A stretch of 64,000 nt of DNA from Paraspadella gotoi (Eukaryota > Animalia > Chaetognatha). The notes beneath the pieces were generated by a model. It saw only the letters and a list, made by a program, of their open reading frames with translations, was not told the origin of the DNA and did no database searches. This document shows, one piece after another, positions 1 through 12,460 of the stretch (positions are counted from its first letter, which is position 1; every line of letters starts with the position of its first letter). The stretch covers positions 5,847,074 through 5,911,073 of the forward strand of contig JBJCIZ010000239.1 of assembly GCA_051294375.1 (NCBI GenBank), written 5' to 3'. Made by a program: the position numbers and the translations under genes.

Positions 1-1
1 G

Positions 2-1696
2 GGATTGGTTAAGTCGAAAAGGCCCTGTTTCTGCGACAGGATCAATTATACCGGAATGACTAAAAACTATATTTGTCGTTGGCCCGTTTCTAAGACGTTT
101 ATTCTACTTTCTGCTTGCGTTTCTACCGTATCCGTGGGAATGGCGGCGGCTAAAATCAGAGCGAGAGGGCGATAGGGAATTCCTGTCCTGGTCAGTTACA
201 TTCTGGACACAATTCAATGTACTGCCGGCCTTTCTCTAGGTTTGTACTTTGTTTATTACGCCGGGAATACAATATCTTATCATTTTTTTTTCGTTGCGCC
301 GTTATTAATTTTTCGAGTTTTTACCCTCACGGACTTGAAGATACTTAAAATATTTCTGAGGCCACTCTCGTATTTTCAAAAAAAGCCAAATGAAATGAAA
401 AAGACTAAGGATTGGGTGCAAAGATTCTTCTCGTGTTTGATAAATACTTTTGTTATAGCCACGAGTTTGATGTATGAAAATCATAAGAATTTGATACAAA
501 TACAATCATATTGGGTTAGTACTTCATTCGGTTTAAGCATTCCAGGTATTGCCACAGTTTCGAAATTAGTCTTAGTTGGGGAAACTTTTGAAAAAGGAGT
601 CGTACTTAGTATTTTTAATCGTAAATATTATAATTATAACAAGTGGGAAAAATTTATTGAAATTTACTATAAGAACCTTCCATTAGATGTAAAACCTTTA
701 GGAAAGTTTTACCAGCCAATTTTTTACACTCTGCTTCTCGGCAATTCTAAAATGTTTTACCTTCAGAAAAAAATCATACTTTTATTTTTATTTATTGAAA
801 TTGGAATTGGTTTAATCAGTACGATTTTCTCGTTGGTTACTACAAAAGGGGGATTGTCTTACAGCATTTTCATATTAGAATCCATTATTCCTTTTTGGAT
901 AGTTATAGGATTGAATTTGATCCAAGTGCAACTCGTCTTAACGTCAAATTTTTTCCCGCTTTTCTTATCATTTATAGCGCTGATCCTACAACAAAAAATC
1001 ATTTCCAAAATAAACAGAAAGTATGGAATCTTTATCGCTGCGCTGTTTTCACTTTCGGCTCTCGTTTTACCGGTAAAATCGTTTGCCGCCATCCGTGGTC
1101 GAGCCGTGCAGAAAGAATTGAACCAACTCATTGCCGGCGTTTGCGGTTTGAATGACAATCATAACAAACCGGTCAATCCCGCACGGGACGTAAGGAACAA
1201 GGTTGCCAGTTACTACGTGTTAAACGAAAATTTCTTTTTCTTATTTTGCCTTTCATTTTTCCCTATTTTGAATCCACTCATGGCGATTAAAGTCACTGGA
1301 GAGCGAGAGACGATTCGAAAAATAACGTGGATCTTTGGTTCAGTATTATTCTTTTCGATTCTTTCCTTCATCTTGTCTCGATACGGGGATCAAATAAAAG
1401 AAGACGGTCCGAAAATGTCTTGGAAAAAAGATATAATTAACACGGGATCGGCACACAAACAGAGCCTGCTGTATAAATTCGGCAGAATCTATTTTTGCTG
1501 TAGCGAACTCGTTAGAGATCGCTTTAAATATAAAATGCGAATTTGTCGAAAGTATCTTAACTACAACCTCGGATCCGTTTCACAAACAATGGCTAAATTT
1601 ACCAAATTGATCGATCAAAGAGTAACTGACTTCAGTAACTTACCCTGTTTGGTATGTTTGATCATTCCAACTGCGGTTTTACTTTTGCACGTTTAA
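2..1696 (+). CDS. Intronless multi-pass membrane protein of unknown family, probably 5'-truncated by the window edge; one in-frame TAG at 173-175
   Basis: The 484-codon stop-free ORF (242-1696) is non-repetitive and has many hydrophobic segments (e.g. IILLFLFIEIGIGLISTIFSLV, ITWIFGSVLFFSILSFILS). The same frame stays open back to base 2 except for TAG 173-175. Confidence 0.7.
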
Positions 1697-4600
1697 TGTT
1701 TTTACAGCGATGAAAAGAACACAAAAAGCTAGAAAAGTATAATAAATCTTTAAATTAGGTACAGAAATTAAATTTCAGTCTAATTTTGGGTTTCCATATT
1801 TATTTATATATTTCTAATCGCTGTCAGTAATTGATTTTGTGTAGTTATATCTATAAAAGATCTCCTGCTAAAAATATTTTAGTGAGGTAATTGTAACTTT
1901 GTAACCCGATTCTGTCTTGGTTTTTATAAGTGTTTCTGTTACTATTTTACCTAGTTTCTGTCTTACATTTTACAGCGACACACACAAAAAAAAAACCCAA
2001 AAAACAACGCGAAATAGCTATGCATAAGTTGCACTTTATTATTCTGTATAATGTAGTTAACGAATTTGTAGTATTGTCGCCGTGCCATAATGATTCGCAA
2101 CTTCATTTTACCGCTCGAAGTGCTACAGTGCGATACATGCCAATACAATAATCCTCAGTGCTAAAATTTCGTCATAATTCTTTAACAAAAATAAAAATAA
2201 TCAAAACGAATTTCAACTACAATCATCTACCAGTTAGACTTAGAGGCCATAAGATTTTTCCTCTCTTCTCATTGGTCCGTTTCAATAATGATGAGTTTTG
2301 CCTAATTCACAGGCTAAGATTCTCTTTTTTCGCTTCAGCCACGACGCCGTGACCGAAACGAACCATAATTGATCCACACATTTCTTTATGGCGCGTAAAA
2401 AATCATCATAATGAAAATGACACTTTTAATAATCAATCTATTTCCTGTATGTAAAAAAAAAAAAAAGGAGATATTTCCGTTATTTCTAAATTACGAAACA
2501 TAATTTTTTTTATTTCACTAGGCTTTGATTATAATTTCTCCTCGTCCTTCATCCTCGGCTTGAATTATTCATTCAATTCATTCAATTATTCGAGGCTGCA
2601 GCGTCGGCGCCTTATTTACCGGAAGTGGGCGTGGCCTTACCGCTCGGCAACCACAGAGCGGATTGATTCTTGGACATGCTGCGGGTTTGCATGCGCTCTG
2701 TTCAGCCTGTTGGCCGCGAGAGCGAGAAAGTCTCCCAGCACTCCAGCTGGCTCGCTCTTTCTCCGCAGAAGAAATAGGAAAGGGAAAGGAAACGGAAAGG
2801 GCGAGAGGTCGAGGGAGGCTCTATTTCCCGGTAAGAGCTGGCCCATTTCTTTTCGATTTGTCCCATGATTTAATTATCTAGCTAATCGCCTAAAATATAA
2901 TTTTAAGCCTATATAACTAATCGACACTAAACGCTTAATCCCGTAACTCAAATCCTTTAACCATAATACAAAAGCAGTCTTTAACCCTAATTACTAACCT
3001 AATCCTTAACACTAACTTACGTAACCTAATCTTCTAATCTCAAAAAATTAATGTTTAATTCCTAATTTGAGATAAACATGCCGCCGGCCTGAGTTTTGTT
3101 TTTGTTCTCTGTGTTTTCATTTTTGTTCCCTAAGGCTTTAATCCCTGATTTTTTCTTTTAGAATTCATTCGTTTTTGGCGGGGGTCATTTATGTTTTGTT
3201 TGTGTTCATAGTTTTGTTTCATTTATTGTTTATGTTTTTCAGTAGCTTGAGAACACAAGGACCACGAATGGATGACCACGACGCCTCGCACATCCAAGAG
3301 CCACGAGAAGACGGAGGAGATCTTCGAAAGGTTGTTGATCGCGAGATTGAAGAGACTGATAAAATATAATGTAATTAAAGTAATTAATTTAATGTAATTT
3401 AGATTGACAATTTTCATTACATTTATATTCAACAGTTAACTCGCGAACGCCCCCAGAGCCGTAACTACTATGAGACACTTGTACATCGCCTGACGGATCA
3501 GAGTCGGTTTAGTTTCGGTCCAATTCGAACTAGTATGTGTTACAGCTGTTAAAAAGTCGCCATGAATTGGAGTAATAATCATCCAATTCTGTTTTTCATA
3601 TTTGTTCTCCTATGACAGTGGGTTACCGCTTAAGACTTTAATGAGGCTTATGTATCATATTTGTCAAAGTATGTAGTTCACCTGAATAGCTATACATGTT
3701 CCGCAAAAATTGTAAGTCGCTGACTAACAATCATATTATAAACAGTACTCATTATTGAATTTTTTTAACGTAGGTATAGTATATTATCCTTATAAACTAA
3801 ATTCCATGAGAATTTTCAAAAATCAAGATTTTCATTTAATTTTGAGAACAGTTTCGGCATTCGCCGGAAAAAGCTTCCTTAAAAACTGGTTTGTAAAATA
3901 TTGTTATCATCGATATTTTTAGCATTAACGCTTTAATTATATGGAGTTTTTGAATTTTAGGTTAAAGCTGCTCGAAGAATTTTCACCAAAAACGTTATCA
4001 TATAATAATTTCTACTACAAAGATAAAGTGGAGAGAATTTGACCTTTTTTCTCTATTTTTGGACCGCTGAAGACACTTTAATTTGATTTCTTTAATAACA
4101 TCTATTTATATTTTGGAATCTAACTTTTTATGAAGAATCAGAATGTTAAATAAAAAATTTGAAAAAAGTATTTTGAAAATTATAATTTAATAAGGATCAT
4201 TACCTATAAATATTCTGTATATTATATTGATTACTATCCCCAAAACAAGTTATAAGCAAAATAATTTTTGTACTCCTCCAATCAATGATTGATCACATCA
4301 TGATTGAACAATCATACTATCTCACGTTTAAATATCCATTCTTTGTTCACTCAAATAAAATTTTATGTTCCCCAGTGCTCCACATCTATAGATAGCTTCT
4401 TGACAAGACTCTCTTCACAGTCTTAATAGTTTTCACAGCTCAGGACTATAACTGGTGCGCTTCTCTTATCGATGAAAGTAATGTTTTTTTTTTTTTAAAA
4501 CGCCTTTTCAATGGTACCATGCAACTTTTATAGCAATACCCTTATTGCGAGGGGATGATTAAAAGTCAATGCGAACGAATGATACAATTTCTTTCTTCCA

Positions 4601-6029
4601 AAACAGTCCCTCCAACCGTTTTCGTGTTTCCAAACGCTCCTTCAGCTCCGCCCACGGGCGCAAGACCCGCGCGTGTCGAACGTCGACGCTCTCCTGGCAG
4701 GGCGCCCGGACATACCGCCTCTAAGATAGTCGCCGGCGGCGAGTACGGCTCAGGCAGACGACCCGATGCGAGGCGTCTGTCTAGTCCCATAGACACGGTC
4801 GCGCCGGACAATCAGCCCCGACCCCGAACAAATGAGGTCCCTGGGCGCCGACGCTAACGTGCGTCGTAGGCCCAAGTTTGGGAAATGAACAAGGGATACG
4901 GAGACCGACTTCACGCAAGGCTGATGTGAAGTATTTTACCACCCATCGAACCGAAAAAAAAATTTGCAACAGTTGACAGCCGAATTGGATGAGGCTCCCA
5001 GAAGGAGCGAATGAAGAGAAGGATGGCCGAGAGGGCGAGATCCGAGAAGAAGTAGGAAGAATAAAGAAGAAGGCAAGGATGAGGAAAGAAGGAAAGAAGC
5101 AGCAGACGTTAACGGAAGATTTTTAGTTTGTTCAATTGTTTATTTACTATCATTATTTGTAAAGTTGCGCCCCGCGGACTCGCGAGGTACTACTTGATAA
5201 GTCTTCTCCATGTCTGTCCCGGCGGTCTCTCGGTCTGGATCCGGTCGTCATGTCTCGCATCAGTCGTGCCGTCGGAGTCGGCTGCAGGCGTTACCGTCTC
5301 AGCTGAGTGCCTACTCACGTTAAATCGTTAATTTGTATCATGAGACTGATATCCACGATAATTGTTATTTATGTCATCCAGTTCAGTTTTATATCTAGTA
5401 TTGGCCTTTATAGTATATATTTCAATTTTAATTTTATCGTTATTCTTTCATTTAGACTCATACGCTCTCGACGAGTCGTCAAAAGGACACGCAGGTCATC
5501 ATACGACAGGCATCAGCGTCTCAGTTCTATTTTTTCGAATCCGTCCTTTATGCTATAAATTATCGCGTTTCCATAGCGGACAAGTGCCAAGACAATGTGT
5601 GTTCATAGCGGAGTCCATAGGGGGTCCAGTTTCGAACCAAGATATTCCTCGAACGTTTGTGTAGTCATTTCAAGCACGCTACTCTCTGATCGGTGAGCCT
5701 CGCGGTCCGTGGAGGGCACCGCTCGCGCACGACCGCAGCCGACGGCCGCCGCAGCCGCCCGCACCTGGCGCCGCCTTCTGGTTTCCGTATGGTGGCTGCC
5801 ACGACGATGACGTGGTGTTGGTGCCCTGTACGCGTAGCCGCGGGAACGAAAGACAGGATGCAGGTCAGCGGCGCCATCAGCACGGTGGGCGTGGACTACG
5901 ACGAACGACGACGTCATCCATATGGCTCCGCCGGCTCAACGCCGCCGGCCGAAGCAAGCGCGAAGGTAAGCGACGGAAGGAGAACGTTTTCGGAGGGTGA
6001 CCGGTCTGAGGAGAAGAGAAAAAAAGTTT

Positions 6030-6746
6030 GGGCTCTACTTTTCCCCTAAAAACGCGCCCGATTTTCTGTTACTTAATCCGAAACTTACATTTTTCACTTT
6101 GAAATAAACCTCTGATTTGCTACCAAAACTAACTCTATACCGTATACCCTGTCAATCTTTAATCCTATCACTAACCCTTAATCTTAACCATAACCCCTGT
6201 AATCCTAACTCAAACCCCTAATTTTTAACCATAACCCCGTAATCCCTTCATGTCATAGCGCCCTAATCTTTAAATTAACCGGCCTTTATCCTATCTCACA
6301 AAGTCCTAATTTTTAACCATAACCCCTAATCCATCTATCTTTTAGCCTTTATCTTTATCCATAGCCTTCGATAGACCCTATTTTCTACACTAGCTCTCGG
6401 CTAATCTTTACCATATAACCTACTAAACCCGATTTTTAACCCATACAATCCCTCATTCTAGCCCTAATCACTTTAACCAAACCCTAATCCCTAATCCCTC
6501 ATTTTTAACATAAAACCCCCCTAATCCTATCTCTACGTTTCCCTTAATCTTTAACACAACCCGTAATCCCTAATCTATTAACACAAAGTTTAATCCCTTA
6601 TCTTTTAAGCATCCCTAATCCCTCAACCCCCTTTCTTTATCCATAACCCCCCTAATCTCTAACCATGACCCATAATTATATCCAACCCCTAACTCTTTTA
6701 AGCCAGCTCCGAACACTAATGTCTGTAACCCTATCATTAACCTTCT
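6030..6746 (-). mobile_element. TIR-bounded telomeric-like-repeat element, long copy running into a gap
   Basis: Starts GGCTCTACTTTTCCCCTAAAAACGCGCCCGATTT, followed by about 650 bp of degenerate CCCTAA/TAACCC units. Confidence 0.65.
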
Positions 6747-6771
6747 NNNNNNNNNNNNNNNNNNNNNNNNN

Positions 6772-9700
6772 TGAGAAATTTGGCTTCAAATGGACCCCAT
6801 GACTCGCTACAGTTGATCTAATGTCGTCCCTGGAAACGAATTTAAGACAAAGGACGGATTGAAAAATAGAATGACCGACTGACCTGTCGGATGACCTGGG
6901 TTCCTTTGACGACTCTCGGCTTGAACTCTAAAATGAATAAATAACATAAATAAATAGAGAACTAAAAAACAATTAAATGAAGCAATCAACTATAGAAAAA
7001 TTATATGCATTTTAACGTAGGTAGGAGAGACATACCGACCGACCGACAGACCGACCGACCGACAGACAGACCGAAAAGTGACTTACAGAGTACTCGCGGC
7101 GCAACTTACAAATAATGATATAAATAAACAATTGAACAAATAAAACCTTCTCCGTCGTCTGCTTCTTCTTTTCCTCTTCCTCCTTCTTCTTCTTCTCCTT
7201 CTTCTCCTCCTCCTCCTCCTCCTTCTTCTTCTTCCTCTTTTCCTCCCAATCGGCTGTCAACTTTTGCAAATTTTTCGTCGATCGGTTCAAATCTTCCATC
7301 AGCTTCGCGTATCCCGTCGTCCCTTGTTCCTTCCTCGCGACGACGGCGTCGGCGCCGTGGACGGCGTTGTCGGCGCCGCAGAGAGCGTCGACGGCGCCTC
7401 GGACGGCGTTGTCGGCGCCGCAGAGAGCGTCAACGGCGCCGTGGACGGAGCTTGAAGGACCGCTTGAAAACACGAAACGGTTGGAGGGATCGTTTGAGAA
7501 AGAAATTTTAATCATTTCGTTCGCTTGACTTTAATACTTAAAGTGATTCCTTTTATAAAAGTTTTACCATTGAAACGGTTTTAAAAAAAAAAATTGCATC
7601 GCTTCATCGATAGAGAAGCCAGGTAGTCTGAGTGTGAATAAACTAGACTGTGAGAGAGTCTTGGTCAAAGCTATCTATTAGAGTGGAGCACTGGGGAACA
7701 AAATTTTATTGAGTGAACAAAGAAGGATATTTAAACGTGAGATAGTATGATTAAAGAGTACAAAAAATATTTTGCTTATATTGTTTGAGAGCAGTATCAT
7801 TAATTACAATATATTTATAGTAATATCTTTATAAAATCATAATTTTCAAAATAATTTTTTCAATTTTTTATTAAACATTCTGATTCTTCATAAAAAGTTA
7901 GATCAAAATATAAGATATGTTATTAAAAAATTCAATGTCTTCAGCGTCAAAAATAGAGAAAAAAAGGTCAAATTCTCCCACTTTTTTATGCTTTGTAGTA
8001 AAAATTATAATATGATGAAACGTTTTGGAAATTTTTCGCAGCTTTAACCTAAAAATCAAAAACTGTTTTCTCCATGAATTAAAGCTTTAACCTATTAGGA
8101 AATGTTTATTGATTTGCCAATTCAACGATTTTTATTGTTATCAAATTGTTATCAAATCAATAAACATTTCCTAATATTCACTTAGCAACGAAAGAGAGAA
8201 ATAATACAAAGCTTTAACCTAAAAATATCATGTAACATATCTACAAATTTTTTCAGTTTTTTCTGGCGAATCCGAAACTGTTCTTAAAATTAAAAAAATA
8301 TGATTTTGAAATTTTATGATTTCTAAGGATATTACTATAAAAAAAAATTCAATTAATGATACTGTTATAACAATTTTTCGACTTGTGATAGCTTTTTCAG
8401 GTGACTACATGACTTGACAAATATGATACATAAGCTCATTAAAAGTCTTAAGGTAACTCACTGTCATACCAAATATGAACTAAATTGATGAATTATTAAC
8501 CCAGTCATCGGCTTTTTTAACAGTGTGACATATCGATGGACCGACTAACCGACCCCCAAGTGTCTCATAGATCTGCTTCGCGAGTTAACTAGTTAATTAA
8601 TGTAATAAATGTAATTAATTACATTAAATTAATTACTTTAATTACATTATATTTATTCAGTCTCTTCAATCATCGATCAACACCTCGAGATCTCCTCCCT
8701 TCGTCTCTTGGAGTCGGCGTCGTCTCCTTCGTGGTCCCGTTTCTCCACTGAAAAACAAAACAATAAATGAAACAAAAACATGAACAAAACAAAACCATAA
8801 ATGGACCCCCCAAAAAAAATGAATCGAAAAGAAAACTCAGTTAAGCCTTAAGGGAACAAAAATAAAACACAGAGAACAAAACAAAACTCAGGCCCCATTT
8901 TATCTCAAATTAGGAATTAAATTAATTTTTTTGAGTTAAAGATTAGGTTAGAAGTTAGTGTTAAGGATTAGGTTAGTAATTAGGGTTAAAGACTTGCTTT
9001 GTAATTATGGTTAAGGATTTGAGTTAGGGATTAGCGTTTAGGATTAGTTTATAAGTTTAAAATTATATTTAGGCGAATTATTTAGATTAAAATTAAATCA
9101 TGGGACAAACGAAAAGAAATGGGGCCACTCTCGGAAAATAGAGCCCTCCCTCACCTCTCCCCTTTCCTTTTCCCTTTCCCTTTCCTTTCTCTTCTTCGGG
9201 AAAGAGCGACCAGGATGCTGGGGACTTTCTCGCTCCAGCGGCAACAGCGGCGGCGGCCGCAGCAGCAGGGGCGGGACTCCGCGTCGTAGCCGTAGCAGCA
9301 GCAGCAACAGTATCAGCGCCGTCGAACGCAGCGACAACCGAGGCTGTTATATATATATATATATAAACAGGTAAGTGAGATAACTGTAATATGCCCCTAT
9401 TTCACAACTAGAGCGAAGTACAGTTCCTTTATGCATCGAAACAGTTTATATACAAACATCATACAACTTTATCGATTGAGAAGTCAGGTACTCTGGGAGT
9501 GAATAAACTAGACTGTGAGAGAGTCTTGATTGGAACCTTGCAGAGAGGGTCTTTTCTATGTGTCTGTGACTAAATTTAACTTTAATTAGTTTAAACAATT
9601 TTATCCTTATTTAATACTTGTACGAATTTACTAAATTTTACTCGATTTAACCAAAGGAAAGTCGCTTACCGCCGAGCGTTCCGACGGACGTTAAATCGTT

Positions 9701-11020
9701 TTCCTTGACGCCCGCCTGACCGGCCAGGCTCATCGCTAGCGACTGTTTCCATACGTCAGCGGCGCCTGGCGGGAAAACAAAATTTAAACAAATGAACCCA
9801 AAGAAAAATAAAACAAAACAATTTTTTTTTTCAGTCCGTCATTGACCATACATATTTTTTGCGTGCGGTTGATAGGAGAAAAAAAAATTGCCGTTCGGAC
9901 AAGATAATTACACATATGAAATAATAAATGTTAACCATAAAACAAAAAAGTTACCTTTTCGTTGAAGAGACAAAACGCTGGAAGCTCTTTGTAGAGTCCT
10001 CGATCCGGATCCTGACCACGAAAAAAAGAATGGGCGAGGCGACTTACCATGCAGGCCATACCCATTATTGCTCTTCCTTCCCTCCGATCCAAACTTTTTT
10101 TTTACTTTATACTAGATCGGAGTGAATTATTATTATTTCTTTTTTTTTACAATATTTAGTTTCAAAATATGACAGAGATTCAAACCGAAACAAAGGAATG
10201 AAAAGCAGCCTTAATTTCCCAAAACGCCCCATTTCTTCTTCATTAGTTTTAGGTTTAAAGATGAAAAAAAAATTGTTTCAATCAATAACGATTTTTTTTT
10301 TATTTTCCGACATGTTTTGGCTTTAATATTCAAGCCGAAACATGTTCAAAAACAAAAAAAATTGACGTTGATCAAAACTATTTTTTTATTATCTAATTTC
10401 AAACGCAACAAAAAGAAAAAAGATACAAAGATTATGTTAAAGATTAGCTTTATGGATTAGGTTATAGATTAAGGATCATAATTAAGGATTACAGTTTAGA
10501 ACTAGTTTTTTTTTTTGCTTTAGAGTTAAGGTTAAAGATTACGTTAGTATTTGGTTGCGGGATAAGTTATATGAGTTTATTAGCAAATAAGGATTAATTA
10601 TTAAGCTCAAAATTAAGTTCAGGAATCGAAGAACAGAAGTAGGGCGCTTTCGGAAAAGAGAGCCGAAAAAAAAAAACGTGTTTTACCATGAACTGAATGA
10701 GCGCTCGCCATTCTGCGGAGATCCAAACTCGGCGCTTGGATGGAACTCTGCGCCAAGAGGCTCATGGATGAAGGTGTCCGCCAAATGTCTGAGCCAATGG
10801 TCGGTCGGTCTTGAGCTACTTATTGTCTTAGCAACAAATTACTCATAGCTATGATAACAAATTTAGTAAGTAAATAAAGTTATCGACTATTTCTTTAGAT
10901 GTCAATTTAAGGAAATTAACTATTCGATTGTTTATTCCATAAATTATTCAAGATAATTTTAGATGAAAAAAAAAAAAACCAGTTACTGACCTCGAGACGA
11001 TTTTCTAATTCGGTCTAAAC
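6772..11020 (-). CDS. Run of small exons of an uncharacterised low-complexity/coiled-coil protein; possibly the 3' part of the 11950-20860 gene
   Basis: Phase-compatible AG/GT-bounded exons near 10991-11020 (LDRIRKSSR), 10687-10816 (DIWRTPSSMSLLAQ), 9955-10011 (TLQRASSVLSL), 9670-9765 (DVWKQSLAMSLAGQ) and 7147-7460 (33-bp repeat GAVDALCGADN, then a K/E-rich coil). The DIWR..SMSL and DVWK..AMSL similarity supports the frame. Confidence 0.5.
7010..7110 (-). mobile_element. 5' part of a Helentron-type HINE (DINE-1-like)
   Basis: Reverse complement of the AGTTGCGCC..CGCG..AAGTCACTTTTCGGTC(GGTC)n..TACGTTAAAA block seen at 50181-50292. Confidence 0.65.
7605..7670 (+). repeat. Dispersed about 65-bp motif ATCGAT..GAAGYCAGGTACTCTGGGAGTGAATAAACTAGACTGTGAGAGAGTCTTG
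   Basis: Further copies at about 9471-9543, 26100-26172, 47855-47910 (diverged), 51690-51730 (minus) and 4395-4475 (noisy, minus). Confidence 0.7.
8890..9145 (+). mobile_element. TIR-bounded telomeric-like-repeat element (mirror copy at about 2816-3090)
   Basis: GGCCCCATTTTATC ... degenerate TTAGG(G) units ... AGAAATGGGGCCACTCTCGGAAAATAGAGCC. Confidence 0.7.
10207..10664 (+). mobile_element. TIR-bounded telomeric-like-repeat element interrupted by a palindromic insert at about 10262-10420
   Basis: Left end GCCTTAATTTCCCAAAACGCCCCATTTC, right end AGAAGTAGGGCGCTTTCGGAAAAGAGAGCC, G-strand-biased interior. Confidence 0.7.
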
Positions 11021-11949
11021 CTGAAAATTTAAAATACGAAAAATATTACCCTAATATATTTTGAGAAAAAAAATTAACATCATCATAACTAGTTGTGTAT
11101 ATTACTTGGATAATTACTGTACATTTCGGGCGGTCGATCTTCTTTCTTGACGTTGGGCTCGTCTCTCTCTCTATTTTTTTTTTTCTCTCCCTCTCGATAA
11201 AGCACTTCCAGTATTTTTTTTAATAGATATGTATTTTATTTTTTATATTCTAGTCGATAAACTGATTTGAAGAATAACCGGGTTAACGCGTTAATACGCG
11301 ACACAAGCGTAGATAAAATTAGATTTAGAATTCCTTTATTTCCTTTTTTTTTCTAAATAACAATTAAGTTTAATCTTTTAATTTAATGTAGTCGCTTTCT
11401 TTAAAACGAAGCGTTTTAGAGAGATCGTTTTCGGCGTCGATAAAACGGTATCAATGTGAAAACTGTGATTGGCGAGTGTGGTTAAGATTTCCATAATAAG
11501 ATAAAGGATATGATTTAGTAGTAAGAAGCAAGTTTTCCATAACCGCTTTATTCTTTCATTTCATCTTATTCCGACATTACTATAAAAAATAAAACAACTT
11601 TTCTTGGCGGATATATAGTCAAGCCCAAGACTTTATTATGCACAATAAAAAATTATATTTCAAACCTATTTACCTCAATCTACCTCTGTTTACATATCTT
11701 TCAATTTAAAATGAGACAAAAGAAGAGCGTGGAAAAAGTGTAATTTAATTTTAAACAACAACATTAACGAAACGAGAATTACTCTGTCGCTCTCTTAACT
11801 AGAAAATCGCGAGCTAAATTTGCACATCTTCTGCAGTCTATCCAGCAAGTTTTCTTTATCTTCCGCAGTCTTTATGCAGCCATATTGCTTCATCACACTA
11901 TTTCTGCTGTCTCTCCGCCGCCAAATTTACTACATCTTCTGCAGTTTTT

Positions 11950-12276
11950 CGGCAGCCAGTTTCCTACATCAAATCTCACGGCGGCACCATGTAATTTCCC
12001 GCGTACTCCATTCTCAATATCTCGTCGATCTTCTCGTCGCTGCAGGGACGTGCACCAGGAAGCCGTGCAGCGCAGCGGAGCAGACGCCGTCGTCGAATTT
12101 CATGAAATCGACGCTGCCTTTCATGTGGCGGGTGTCGTAGACTTTAGTCTGGGGGAAGAGAAGGAAGGGGAAGGGGGAGGAGGAAGAGGAGGAGGAGGGG
12201 GAGAGAGGGTGAGGGAAGCGGGGAAAAAGGGGAAAGGGTGTTGGGGCCAGAGAATTACAGAAGGAAATTTGATTGG

Positions 12277-12325
<49 letters not shown>

Positions 12326-12420
12326 AGAGAGAGAGAGAAGAGACAGTGAAGAGAGAAGAGAGAGAGAGAGAAAGAGAAAGATAGAGAGAGAAAAAAATAG
12401 AGTGGGAGAGAGAGAGAGAA

Positions 12421-12460
<40 letters not shown>

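Larger units (their letters stand above)
2590..9340. repeat. Large inverted duplication: noisy arm about 2590-5650, cleaner arm 6772-9340, around the 25-N gap 6747-6771
   Basis: Colinear reverse-complement matches, e.g. 4560-4660 vs 7435-7540, 5450-5640 vs 6780-6930, and 2815-3130 vs 8840-9150. The left arm is rich in single-base insertions. Confidence 0.85.

Noticed and set aside
242-1696. Ciliate-type code (TAA/TAG = Gln)
   Set aside because: 484 AT-rich codons contain no TAA/TAG while Gln uses CAA/CAG, and genes end in TAA or TGA.
4555-6049. GC-rich ORFs on both strands
   Set aside because: They lie in the indel-rich arm of the inverted duplicate and its noisy extension, so the frames are unreliable.
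6100-6746. True telomere or chromosome end at the gap
   Set aside because: The repeats are degenerate, internal and start with the family TIR.
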